This document shows, in pieces, positions 26,076-35,026 of a DNA stretch of 63,363 nucleotides (its first letter is position 1; each line of letters opens with the position of its first letter). The position numbers were made by a program, and so were the translations under genes. The notes beneath the pieces were generated by a model. It was not told the origin of the DNA and made no database searches. It was given only the letters and a program-made list of their open reading frames with translations. This DNA is from an uncultured Pseudomonadales bacterium (GTDB lineage Bacteria > Patescibacteriota > Microgenomatia > UBA1400 > PJMF01): NCBI GenBank assembly GCA_964637295.1, contig CAZWWE010000005.1:1-63363 (forward strand), written 5' to 3'.

Positions 26076-26990
26076 CTATTTAAAAATATCCTTAAAAATT
26101 ACTTCTAATTCTTTATCTATATTGTTAGGTAATTTTGTATGAGGAATTTTCAAATTTTTTAATACAGCATCAAATCTTTCAAAACCTTTATTACTTCTTA
26201 ATTCAACCCACTCAACATTTAAACTATTCAACTGTTTTTTATTAGTATCTGATAATTTATCGGCTATAAATATTTTGCTGTCTCTTGCTATAACAGCATC
26301 AGCACTCTCAGGATTGCCTCGTCCCATTAATTTTATCTCACACTTATATTGATTTTTTCCTTCAATTAAATAAAAATCTATTTCTCTTTCAAAATCATCT
26401 TCTTCAATATCTTTCCCTTTTATTTTTAAGGCATAGTTTGCCTCTGTAACACCATATAGTTTGCAAAGCGTCTGCATTAATGGTTTCTCAACTCTCTTTC
26501 CAGCTGTACTCCACAATCCACCTCTTAATTCTGCTCTCTTTACTGCTAAAGTATTTATTACAATTAGACTTTCACTAACATTTAAATCTACGCTTACACC
26601 TTTAAATTTAATGGTTAAAGTTAGTTCAAGATCGTGCTCCACATCAACCAAATTTTTTATAGATTCATATAACAAATCATAGTGTTCATTTGACGCATTA
26701 ATCACTATTTCCTTTGTCGATGAATTAAACATATTGTGGATTGTCTTTTTGTTCAATCCAGAATTTATAGCTATTTCTTTAGCTGGCAAATTTGGATTTA
26801 AAAAGGCTTTTTTATACCAATCAACAGTAATGTCTTTACTTTTAAGTTTTGCGTCTACAATATGCTTAAAAAAATCTATCGCGAATTGTAAAAATTCAGC
26901 GTTAATCAATGTTACAACTTCAATTCTATAATCTTCACCTTTAAGCAATTTCTTAATTATATTTTTAGCAACTTGTTCTGTTATTGTCAT
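26076..26990 (-). CDS. putative type II restriction endonuclease (PD-(D/E)xK)
   Basis: 304 aa. EIDFYL...CEIKLMG fits D...ExK. ATGA overlap with the methyltransferase gene upstream. Confidence 0.55.
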   Translation of the reverse strand: MTITEQVAKNIIKKLLKGEDYRIEVVTLINAEFLQFAIDFFKHIVDAKLKSKDITVDWYKKAFLNPNLPAKEIAINSGLNKKTIHNMFNSSTKEIVINASNEHYDLLYESIKNLVDVEHDLELTLTIKFKGVSVDLNVSESLIVINTLAVKRAELRGGLWSTAGKRVEKPLMQTLCKLYGVTEANYALKIKGKDIEEDDFEREIDFYLIEGKNQYKCEIKLMGRGNPESADAVIARDSKIFIADKLSDTNKKQLNSLNVEWVELRSNKGFERFDAVLKNLKIPHTKLPNNIDKELEVIFKDIFK

Positions 26991-28402
26991 ATATTTTTCT
27001 TAATTATATTGATAAAAAATTTTATTTCAGTGAAATTTGGTTGATTGTTTTTTTGATTAAATAAATCATTTTTTTTAATTAAATCTTCTTTCATTCTATT
27101 TACATACTTTGCTTCTTTTTCTGTTAAAAAGAAATTTCTGCCAAGACTAGCGGCGGCTCTACCTAGCGTGCCGCTTCCTGCAAACGGATCAAAAATTAAG
27201 TCATCAACAAAAGAATAATATTTTATAACTCTATTGCATAATTCTATTGGAAAGACGGCGCTGTGAACCTTGTCGAAAGCAGGATCAATGCGCCAAACAT
27301 TGGTGGTTTCATATTTCTCTTGAACCTTGCTTTTCTTTACTTTATCCCAACTATATTGGTGTATATTCCAGTCAATTAGCTTATCTGTCTTTTTTCTATA
27401 AACCATTAGCATTTCAGAAATTGCGTTTGGTTTATAACCCAATGGTTTCCGGTGTTGCAAAAATCCTGCATTTCTATTTTTTACACTTGCTTCAGGTTTT
27501 ACCCAAACTATGTCGTCAATAAATTCCCAACCCATCTTAATTAACAAAGGATGAACGTCGTATGGTATTGGATATCTTTTACTTGCGTGAGCTCGACTTA
27601 TTCTAGGAATAATTATCGGTGAAGTATTAAGTACAAAAAATCTGCCTTCCTTTGTAACACGATGAACTTCTTTAAAAACTTCCTCTAAGAACTTTAAGTA
27701 CTCATCATAACTCTGATAAATTGAATAATCTCTAGCATTATAATAAGGTGGGGAAGTAAAAGTTAAATGTACAGATTCATCTGGAACATATTTTAATGTT
27801 TCTAAAACATCTCCTTGAACGATGGTATTTTTTAAATAATTTGGAAATTCATCATGCTTGCCACTATTTTTTGAACCAAAGTTTACACCATTAATTTCCT
27901 TGCCTATAACTTCTTTTATTAGCTCATTTGGATGATTAAGTAATTTAGATAACTCTTTTTTAACTTGGCCATTATTTGAAAAAACAAGCAATCCACGAAT
28001 AGCCTGCATCACAACTTTAGGATCTTTGTCTGATAGCAATTTAATTAAAACGGGAATAGTTTTCTCATTTCTTAATCTACCAATAGCAGAAACAGATTCT
28101 CTTCTAACTTCGGTGCTTTCATCTTGTTTTGCAAATTTTACGAAAGTATCTAGTAAAGAAATATCACCAATTTTTGCAAGATTCTTCAAAGCAAGTGATC
28201 TTATTGTCTCATTATTTTTATCCAGTAAATTCAATAGCGGTTGTTTGCTATATCCATTTTCTAACCTTCCTAATTTTTTTAATACATAAACAATGATGCC
28301 ATCATTTTGATCTTGTAGAAACGATAAAAGAGCTTTTGTGTCATTTTTTAAACTATCAATTTGCTCTTTGTTTATTTGTTTACTTAAAACTGATCTATTC
28401 AT
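26987..28402 (-). CDS. DNA methyltransferase (beta-class, SPPY; N4-cytosine or N6-adenine) with N-terminal HEAT repeats
   Basis: The C-terminal domain has TSPPYYNARDY (motif IV) before DPFAGSGTLG (motif I). The N-terminal ~170 aa show HEAT/PBS-lyase-like repeats (ETIRSLALKNLAKIGD; TEVRRESVSAIGRL; DPKVVMQAIRGL). Confidence 0.8.
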   Translation of the reverse strand: MNRSVLSKQINKEQIDSLKNDTKALLSFLQDQNDGIIVYVLKKLGRLENGYSKQPLLNLLDKNNETIRSLALKNLAKIGDISLLDTFVKFAKQDESTEVRRESVSAIGRLRNEKTIPVLIKLLSDKDPKVVMQAIRGLLVFSNNGQVKKELSKLLNHPNELIKEVIGKEINGVNFGSKNSGKHDEFPNYLKNTIVQGDVLETLKYVPDESVHLTFTSPPYYNARDYSIYQSYDEYLKFLEEVFKEVHRVTKEGRFFVLNTSPIIIPRISRAHASKRYPIPYDVHPLLIKMGWEFIDDIVWVKPEASVKNRNAGFLQHRKPLGYKPNAISEMLMVYRKKTDKLIDWNIHQYSWDKVKKSKVQEKYETTNVWRIDPAFDKVHSAVFPIELCNRVIKYYSFVDDLIFDPFAGSGTLGRAAASLGRNFFLTEKEAKYVNRMKEDLIKKNDLFNQKNNQPNFTEIKFFINIIKKNI

Positions 28403-28406
28403 AATT

Positions 28407-28499
28407 TTATTTTATTAAACTATCAATAGTTATGTCTAATCCATTAGCTATCTTCATTACTGTTTGAATGGTTGCCTTAGTGATAACATTGCTTTCAAT
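28407..28499 (-). pseudogene. remnant of HTH (XRE/controller-like) gene, 5'-truncated
   Basis: The minus frame gives IESNVITKATIQTVMKIANGLDITIDSLIK-stop, like the C-terminal half of an HTH_3 domain. A stop lies immediately upstream and there is no start. Confidence 0.3.
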
Positions 28500-28648
28500 T
28501 TAAAGCAAGTGAGTTTGGAACCTTATGCCGTTATAACACCATCCTATGGTGAAGACGATTATACTGGGAATGAGATAAATGAGACAGTACGAAAGGCATT
28601 ATTTATCGATTTTTTTATAAAACAAACCAATCACCAATAAATACCAAC

Positions 28649-29170
28649 TTACTCTGATTCAATTTTAGCAATAGATTTTAAATCTTCTGAGTATCTCCAA
28701 TGAATGTAGTGTATAGGTTTACTATTTTTGTCTAATTCAACTTTGGTAAAGCTTAGGCTGTCGACTTCTTTTGGAGTACTCACACAAATTTTGTAATCGT
28801 CATTTGCTTCAAAAATTATTTTTTCATTTTCAAATTCAATGGCAGTCACAAATTTAATTGGGAAATTATTAACTATATTCTCCATTCTGTCAAAGTATTC
28901 TTTTTGTGTTTCATTTTTCCCGACATTTCTAGAACCGATAACCTCTTCATTTTTTTTAATATACCAATTGCCTTTAATATTAATTTGATAGATTCCTCTA
29001 ACGTAAAGTTTTTCTTTACCATTTTTTCCAGAAATATAGTCCTGATAGCTCTTTCCAATATCGATAAATAACCACCCAGCAGATGGATGGATTATTCTCC
29101 ACCACGGCAGAGAAATAATTTCTTGAAGAGCATTGGTAAACTCTTGAAGAGAAATCTTTATTTTAGACAT
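28649..29170 (-). CDS. hypothetical protein
   Basis: 173-aa ORF with no recognisable motif. Confidence 0.55.
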   Translation of the reverse strand: MSKIKISLQEFTNALQEIISLPWWRIIHPSAGWLFIDIGKSYQDYISGKNGKEKLYVRGIYQINIKGNWYIKKNEEVIGSRNVGKNETQKEYFDRMENIVNNFPIKFVTAIEFENEKIIFEANDDYKICVSTPKEVDSLSFTKVELDKNSKPIHYIHWRYSEDLKSIAKIESE

Positions 29171-29204
29171 AGCTCATTATAGCATCAAAGGTTTTAATAA
29201 GAAT

Positions 29205-29241
29205 TTAGCCAGCCCTTTGTAGGGGCTGGCTAAGTATTTTT
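29205..29241. terminator. bidirectional hairpin terminator
   Basis: TTAGCCAGCCC-loop-GGGCTGGCTAA (11 bp) with flanking T/A runs. Confidence 0.6.
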
Positions 29242-29243
29242 GG

Positions 29244-29450
29244 CTATGAATACTTGTGCCGATTATCTGCCCACCAATCTCGGGCTTTGCGGTATACACC
29301 ATCATAACCATCTCTTTCTCGTTCCCATTTATCCCAATGACTGTGATAATAGGTCGAGAAATCGTCTAGGGCATCATTGCCCCGCCAATCGCTGCCCTTG
29401 ATTCTTGCATCTCGAGCGGCTTTACGAAAAGTTTCGTTTTCGTACGACAT
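29244..29450 (-). CDS. small W/D/R-rich hypothetical protein
   Basis: GGAGG SD 8 nt upstream of the ATG at 29450 (MSYENETF). 68 aa. GC is above local background. Confidence 0.55.
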   Translation of the reverse strand: MSYENETFRKAARDARIKGSDWRGNDALDDFSTYYHSHWDKWERERDGYDGVYRKARDWWADNRHKYS

Positions 29451-29792
29451 GTGAAAAACCTCCAATATAAGATTTCGAAGTTTCGGAGCTTATTCCTAAC
29501 TTCGATTGGGAATTCACTTGCAACCGATAATATACATCTATATATATACTTTAGTCAAGTAACAAAGAGTATGGAACCCATATATTAAGTCAAAATAATT
29601 ATTTATTTGAGATCAAACAAAAGGAAAAAACACGATTTACGTCGTTATAGTTCAAATACTAAGATACGGAAGGGGCGGAGACATCTCGCTTTGCAAGCTC
29701 GAGTTATTGAGCATAATGCGCCTCGCTTTGCTCATGTGCATTATTTAGCTCAATAAACGAACTAAAGTTTCTTATCTCAAACACCTATCTTC

Positions 29793-29829
29793 ATTGAAAA
29801 AAGATTGAATATTCAATCTTTTTTCAATG
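29793..29829. terminator. near-perfect 37-nt palindrome directly downstream of tRNA-Ser
   Basis: CATTGAAAAAAGATTGAA/TTCAATCTTTTTCAATG arms with one bulge. Confidence 0.55.
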
Positions 29830-29911
29830 CGGAAGGGGCGGGACTCGAACCCGCGGTGCCCGGAGGCGTCAGTTTTCGAGGCTGATGCAATAGCCGCTAT
29901 GCGACCCTTCC
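29830..29911 (-). tRNA. tRNA-Ser (anticodon CGA)
   Basis: Manual fold: acceptor GGAAGGG/CCCTTCC, anticodon loop CTCGAAA, long variable arm, T arm GCGGG-TTCGAGT-CCCGC, discriminator G. Confidence 0.85.
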
Positions 29912-29929
29912 TTAATATTTAAGCTTAAA

Positions 29930-30127
29930 TTAATCATCTCCACCAGATTTAGTGACGCCTTTACCACCAAGAATATCTCCACCTTTGAGACACTGTGCAA
30001 TTTGTCTATTTACTTCATGGACTAGTGGTTCAGGATTAATGCCAGCCTCTTGGCAACTTTTTATTGCGTTAGCTTTCTTGGTTAACAGTTCTTCTAAAAA
30101 TGAAGAGTGATTTTCGTTGATGGGCAT
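29930..30127 (-). CDS. small hypothetical protein between two tRNA genes
   Basis: 65-aa ORF on the same strand as the flanking tRNAs. No motif recognised. Confidence 0.35.
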   Translation of the reverse strand: MPINENHSSFLEELLTKKANAIKSCQEAGINPEPLVHEVNRQIAQCLKGGDILGGKGVTKSGGDD

Positions 30128-30157
30128 ATTTAAATTAATCTTTTTAAATTATCAATG

Positions 30158-30232
30158 TGCACCCAGTGCGATTCGAACGCACGATCTTTTGTTCCGCAAA
30201 CAAACGCTCTATCCAGACTGAGCTATGGGTGC
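30158..30232 (-). tRNA. tRNA-Arg (anticodon GCG)
   Basis: Manual cloverleaf: GCACCCA acceptor, D arm GCTC/GAGC, anticodon stem TTTGT/ACAAA with loop TTGCGGA, T arm GTGCG-TTCGAAT-CGCAC. Confidence 0.85.
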
Positions 30233-30264
30233 TTATTGATTAAAGGACCAGGCTATTATATTTC

Positions 30265-30319
30265 GGACCCTGTCTTTTTGCAAAACAAAAAGCAGCTGGT
30301 ACGAAAGATGCTGTGCATA
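30265..30319. repeat. 55-nt two-hairpin repeat, copy 2 (partner at 15832..15886)
   Basis: 50 of 55 nt are identical to copy 1. Lies between the rarA stop and tRNA-Arg. Confidence 0.7.
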
Positions 30320-30330
30320 TCATAAAACCT

Positions 30331-31554
30331 TTATTTTTTAAGCTTCAGGTATTGTTTTCCTTTGAGCTGATCGGGTAATAAACTAACTCCTTTTTGCGGA
30401 TACATTTCATAACCTTTACCATAACCAATTTCTTTAAGTAGTTTGGTTTCAGGATTTTTAATACTCATTGGAATTTCCAAGTTGCCAAATTTTTGCACAT
30501 CGTCCAAGGCAGCGATGTAAGCGTCATAAGCACGGCGATCTTTCTTGCAGCTGGCTAGATAAGCTACTCCATGGGCCAAATTTTCTCGACATTCTGGATA
30601 ACCAATTGTTTGACAAGCTTGAAAAACCGCATTGGCCACCACTAAAGCAGTTGGCACTGCTAAACCAATATCTTCAGAGGCAAAAACCACCATACGGCGA
30701 GCGATAAAAAGTGGATCTTCACCCGCTTCTACCATTCTCGCTAAATAATAAATGGCGGCATTGGGATCACCAGCGCGCATACTTTTAATAAACGCACTAA
30801 TAGTTTCGTAATGTTCTGGACCTTTTTTGTCATAACTTAAATGTTTAGATTGCAAAGAGTTTTTGAGTGATTCCAATTGCAAATCTCCATAAAGCGTAAA
30901 AGTATTGTCTATTAAGGTTAATAATTTGCGAGCGTCACCAGAACTATAGTTTAAAAGAAAATCCTCACTTTTCTTTGGTACAGTAATTTTTTTAGCTTTT
31001 TTATTTATTATTTTTTGATTTTCATGAATTTTTTTTATCGCTAAAGCTAGAACCGATTTCATCTCCTCTTCGCTCAAAGCTTTAAAAATAAAAACTCTCA
31101 TTCTCGATAAAAGTGGCGAAATAATTTCGAAGGAAGGATTTTCCGTAGTAGCGCCAATGAGAATCAAGACGCCTTCTTCAACAAAAGGTAATAAATAATC
31201 CTGTTGAGCTTTATTGAAACGGTGAATTTCATCAATAAACAAAATTGGGGCACGATAATCTTCCAATAGGCCTTTTTGTTTACGACTATCTTCAACAATT
31301 TTACGAATATCGGCTTTGCCAGCCGAAACTGCGGAAATTTCAATAAATTCCCGATCACTCTCTTTGGCAATAATTCTTGCCAAAGTGGTTTTACCAACTC
31401 CAGGTGGACCCCAAAAAATCATCGAAAAAATTGCCTGCAAATCCATAGCTGCTTTAATCGGCTTACCTACTCCTACCAGATGATCCTGACCAATAAAATC
31501 TTTTAGGGATTCGGGACGAATGAGAGCAGCCAGAGGTTTAGAGAGATCAGACAT
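30331..31554 (-). CDS. rarA: replication-associated recombination protein A (AAA+ ATPase)
   Basis: GPPGVGKTT Walker A, FIDEIHRFNK Walker B/sensor region, and a MgsA-type C-terminal domain. Confidence 0.9.
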   Translation of the reverse strand: MSDLSKPLAALIRPESLKDFIGQDHLVGVGKPIKAAMDLQAIFSMIFWGPPGVGKTTLARIIAKESDREFIEISAVSAGKADIRKIVEDSRKQKGLLEDYRAPILFIDEIHRFNKAQQDYLLPFVEEGVLILIGATTENPSFEIISPLLSRMRVFIFKALSEEEMKSVLALAIKKIHENQKIINKKAKKITVPKKSEDFLLNYSSGDARKLLTLIDNTFTLYGDLQLESLKNSLQSKHLSYDKKGPEHYETISAFIKSMRAGDPNAAIYYLARMVEAGEDPLFIARRMVVFASEDIGLAVPTALVVANAVFQACQTIGYPECRENLAHGVAYLASCKKDRRAYDAYIAALDDVQKFGNLEIPMSIKNPETKLLKEIGYGKGYEMYPQKGVSLLPDQLKGKQYLKLKK

Positions 31555-31562
31555 TAATAAGG

Positions 31563-31720
31563 CTTATAGCGAAATAAAATAATTGATTAATTAAGTTAGA
31601 TTTTAGCATGTTTTGGTCTCTTCTGATGACGATAGTAGCCCGAGTCTACTTGAGAAAGAAGAAAAGACCAAAACATCTAAAAGATAAGTTAAGAAAACTT
31701 TATTTTGATTTCGCTATAAG
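31563..31720. repeat. ~158-nt extended imperfect hairpin (intergenic)
   Basis: The outer arms GCTTATAGCGAAAT / ATTTCGCTATAAGC and inner arms ATGTTTTGGTCT / AGACCAAAACAT are collinear. Confidence 0.6.
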
Positions 31721-31764
31721 CCTTGAGAATTTTACCCGAAAAGAAAAGGAGATGCAAAAGCGCT

Positions 31765-33612
31765 TTAGCGACTTTGCTTATTGCGTTGTAATTTACTTAG
31801 ATATTTTTTACGCAAGCGTAAATTTTTAGGTGTGACTTCCAGCAATTCATCGTCTTCAATAAAATCCAAACATTGCTCTAAACTCAGTTCAATGCGTGTG
31901 TCTAAAACCGTCAATACGTCAGCATTAGATCTGAAATTAGTTAGTTTTTTAGCTTTACAAACATTGACCTCTAAGTCTTCTTGTTGATTGCGCAAGCCAA
32001 TAATTTGACCTTCATAAACTGCTTCTCCAGGATTAATAAAAGTTTTGCCACGCTCTTGAATAGTTTCTAGCGCATAGGCAGTAGCCGTGCCAGATTCAGT
32101 GGCGATCAACGCACCATTGCGCAATTGAGGTAAATCGGCACTCAGCGGAGCATATTCTAGAAAACGAGAACTAAATAAACCATTCCCTCTAGTTTTTGTT
32201 AAAATTTGACTTCTAAAACCTAAAATATTGCGACTACTGACTTCATAAATCATTCTGGTTATGCCCTTACTATTAGTGATGCTATCAATTAATTTGGCTT
32301 TTCTTCTACCTAATTCTTCAGTGATAATACCCATGAAATCTTGAGCAATTTCGATGGTCATCTCTTCATAAGGCTCCATTTTGACACCATCAACTTCTTT
32401 GATGATCACTTGAGGTTTAGAAAGTTCCATTTCATAACCTTCACGACGCATGGTTTCAATCAAGATAGCTAAGTGCAATTCACCACGACCAGCTACATTG
32501 AAAGCTCCACCTTCCAGACCTTCAATGCGTAAACCTAAATTAGTTTTTTGTTCTTTGCGCAAACGTTCGGCAATTTGACGAATCGTACAAAAATCGCCTT
32601 CTTTGCCAGCAAAAGGTGAAGTATTGGCAGCAATGCGAATTTTCAAAGTCGGTTCAGTGACAGTGATACTTGGAAAACCCTGAGTCTCACCTAAAGCAGC
32701 TAAGGTTTGTCCAATCGCAATGTTTTCTGATCCAGTAATCGCCACAATATCACCAGCTTGGCTGGTTTCTACTTCTTGTCGATTTAAACCATCACTAGTC
32801 ATTAAATGTGCGACTGACATTTCACCAACTTTTTCATTCTCATTTAAAATGACCAAGCGTTGACCTTTTTTCACTACACCTTGCGTGACTTTGCCAATGG
32901 CGTAAGTGCCTTTATAAGTGTCAAAATCTAGGGTTGAAACCTGCATTTTGAAAGGCAATTCACCATTTACTTTGGGAGCAGGCACAGTGCGAATAATTTC
33001 TTCAAAAATCGGTCGTAAGTCGCCTGGATGCTGAGCAATCGCCTCTGCATTGCCAACTTCGTTTTCTGGTAAATCATTCCAAACTTTACCATCACGACCT
33101 ACAGCATAAAGAATTGGAAATAATAATTGAGATTCGTCGTTAGCAATATTCAAAAACAATTCTTCTACTTGAGTCAAAACTCTATCTGGTTCAGCATCAC
33201 GACGATCAATTTTGTTAAGTACTACAATCATTTTAAGTTTTTGCTTAAGAGCTTGTTCCAAAACGAAGCGGGTTTGAGGCAAAGGACCTTCAGCGGCATC
33301 GACTAAAAGGACGGCACCATCAGCCATACTAATCACCCGCTCTACTTCACCAGCAAAATCTGCATGGCCTGGAGTATCAATGATATTGATTTTATAATCC
33401 TCGCCAGCCTCACTCTTATAAAAAACCGCTGTATTCTTGGCCAAAATAGTAATTCCTTTTTCTCTTTCCAAATCATTACTATCCAAGATTGTACTTTGTG
33501 CCATTTCAGCCTGATTCTCACGAAAAGCGTGAGTTTGTTTCAACATCCCATCGATCAAGGTAGTTTTACCGTGATCCACGTGAGCGATGATGGCAATATT
33601 TCGAATTTGCAT
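31765..33612 (-). CDS. typA: translational GTPase TypA/BipA
   Basis: AHVDHGKTTL G1, DTPGHADF G3, NKID G4. Start set at MQIRNIAII. Confidence 0.92.
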   Translation of the reverse strand: MQIRNIAIIAHVDHGKTTLIDGMLKQTHAFRENQAEMAQSTILDSNDLEREKGITILAKNTAVFYKSEAGEDYKINIIDTPGHADFAGEVERVISMADGAVLLVDAAEGPLPQTRFVLEQALKQKLKMIVVLNKIDRRDAEPDRVLTQVEELFLNIANDESQLLFPILYAVGRDGKVWNDLPENEVGNAEAIAQHPGDLRPIFEEIIRTVPAPKVNGELPFKMQVSTLDFDTYKGTYAIGKVTQGVVKKGQRLVILNENEKVGEMSVAHLMTSDGLNRQEVETSQAGDIVAITGSENIAIGQTLAALGETQGFPSITVTEPTLKIRIAANTSPFAGKEGDFCTIRQIAERLRKEQKTNLGLRIEGLEGGAFNVAGRGELHLAILIETMRREGYEMELSKPQVIIKEVDGVKMEPYEEMTIEIAQDFMGIITEELGRRKAKLIDSITNSKGITRMIYEVSSRNILGFRSQILTKTRGNGLFSSRFLEYAPLSADLPQLRNGALIATESGTATAYALETIQERGKTFINPGEAVYEGQIIGLRNQQEDLEVNVCKAKKLTNFRSNADVLTVLDTRIELSLEQCLDFIEDDELLEVTPKNLRLRKKYLSKLQRNKQSR

Positions 33613-33669
33613 AAAGAAGGTATTATACTCGCAAAGAGATAACGTTACAAGCAAACACTAGTAATTAAA

Positions 33670-34290
33670 CTAGATCAATAAATCAGCGATTTCTTGTGGA
33701 GAAGAAAATAAATAGTTTGGTTTTTTAGAAGCAAGGAGACTTTTTTCATTAAAACCCCAAGTAACAGCCACTATTTTAACTCCTATTTTTTGACAGGCTT
33801 CAATGTCGCGTATTTCGTCGCCAAAATATAAGACTTCTTTTTTATCAAGGTGATATTTTTTTAATAGACTACTTAGCACTTTATCTTTGCCGAATAAATT
33901 TTTACTGGCATAGATAAAGTCGAAAACTCCTGCAAAATTTTGTTTCTTTAAAAAATCCTCAACATTTTCAACATGATTAGAAGTCAAAATTCCCAACTGA
34001 TATTTTTTGGCAAGTTTGCGCAGTAAAGATTTTATTTGAGGAAAAAATTTTGCTTGGACAATTTCTTGTTTCATATTCTTATTAACCACAAAGGTTAATT
34101 TAGCCAATTTCAGTGGACTAATCTTGTATTTTTTTAATAAATCCTGAATCGAAGATTCTCTCATTTCATGTAAATTATTTTTGTCAATTTTTGGTAAACC
34201 AAAATCAGCGCCAATCTCATTTAAACCACGCATATACAGTCGCATCGTATCAACCAGCGTACCATCAAAATCAAAAATTAAAGTCTTCAT
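33670..34290 (-). CDS. HAD-superfamily hydrolase (phosphatase)
   Basis: DFDGTLVDT motif I and GDEIRD motif IV. Confidence 0.75.
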   Translation of the reverse strand: MKTLIFDFDGTLVDTMRLYMRGLNEIGADFGLPKIDKNNLHEMRESSIQDLLKKYKISPLKLAKLTFVVNKNMKQEIVQAKFFPQIKSLLRKLAKKYQLGILTSNHVENVEDFLKKQNFAGVFDFIYASKNLFGKDKVLSSLLKKYHLDKKEVLYFGDEIRDIEACQKIGVKIVAVTWGFNEKSLLASKKPNYLFSSPQEIADLLI

Positions 34291-35018
34291 AAAAGATCAA
34301 CTAAGCGACGCAAATCAATAATTTCTTCTGGAGTTAATTTGCGCACATTCCCCACAATTAAATTGTGCATCGTTAAATTGCCTAGACCCATTCTAACTAA
34401 TTTAGTCACTTCCCAACCTACTTTGGCACAGGCACGACGAATTTCTCTTTTCACACCTTGGTGAATAGTGATTTCTAAAACTATGTCGCGACCTTCCTTC
34501 TCTAACACTTCAATTTGATCAAAAGCAATTTTACCTTCAGCTAAACGCACTCCTCTTAATAATCTTTCAACTTTTTCCTCTGAAAAAATACCACTCACCC
34601 AAACTTTATAAACTTTTTTGACTTGATATTTGGGATGAGTTAGGCGATGAGCTAGCTCACCATCATTAGTCATCAGTAAAAGACCCTCCGATTGATAATC
34701 CAAACGCCCCACTGGATAAACTCTGGCTTGAGTTTTGCTTTTGACGTAATCAAAAACAGTTTTACGCTTAGCTTCATCACTCACACTAGAAATGACATTA
34801 AAAGGCTTGTTGAGCAACCAATATTCTAAAGGTTCTTTATTAGCCACACCCAACTTTTTACCATTAACCATCACTTCATCTTGATCAGGATCAATCTTGT
34901 CTCCTAACTTAGCTTTTTTATGATTGAGTAAAACTTTACCTGTTTCAATCAAAACATCAGCTTTGCGACGAGAAGCTAAGCCTAAATCAGCTAAAAATTT
35001 ATTGAGACGAATTTTCAT
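34287..35018 (-). CDS. pseudouridine synthase (RsuA/RluB family)
   Basis: N-terminal S4 domain (RLNKFLADLGLASRR) and catalytic GRLDYQSEGLLL. Confidence 0.88.
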   Translation of the reverse strand: MKIRLNKFLADLGLASRRKADVLIETGKVLLNHKKAKLGDKIDPDQDEVMVNGKKLGVANKEPLEYWLLNKPFNVISSVSDEAKRKTVFDYVKSKTQARVYPVGRLDYQSEGLLLMTNDGELAHRLTHPKYQVKKVYKVWVSGIFSEEKVERLLRGVRLAEGKIAFDQIEVLEKEGRDIVLEITIHQGVKREIRRACAKVGWEVTKLVRMGLGNLTMHNLIVGNVRKLTPEEIIDLRRLVDLL

Positions 35019-35026
35019 AATAATAC

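Noticed and set aside
15887-30264. The two 55-nt repeats as attL/attR of a 14.4-kb integrated island.
   Set aside because: The interval contains core-like genes (gdhA, trmH-like, ECF sigma) and no integrase. The repeats differ only in loop positions, which points to structural selection rather than recombination products. This is kept only as a remote alternative.
31608-31829. The 73-aa plus-strand ORF between rarA and typA.
   Set aside because: It lies inside the 158-nt extended hairpin and overlaps the typA 3' end. It has no RBS and its sequence is lysine/arginine-rich and low-complexity.
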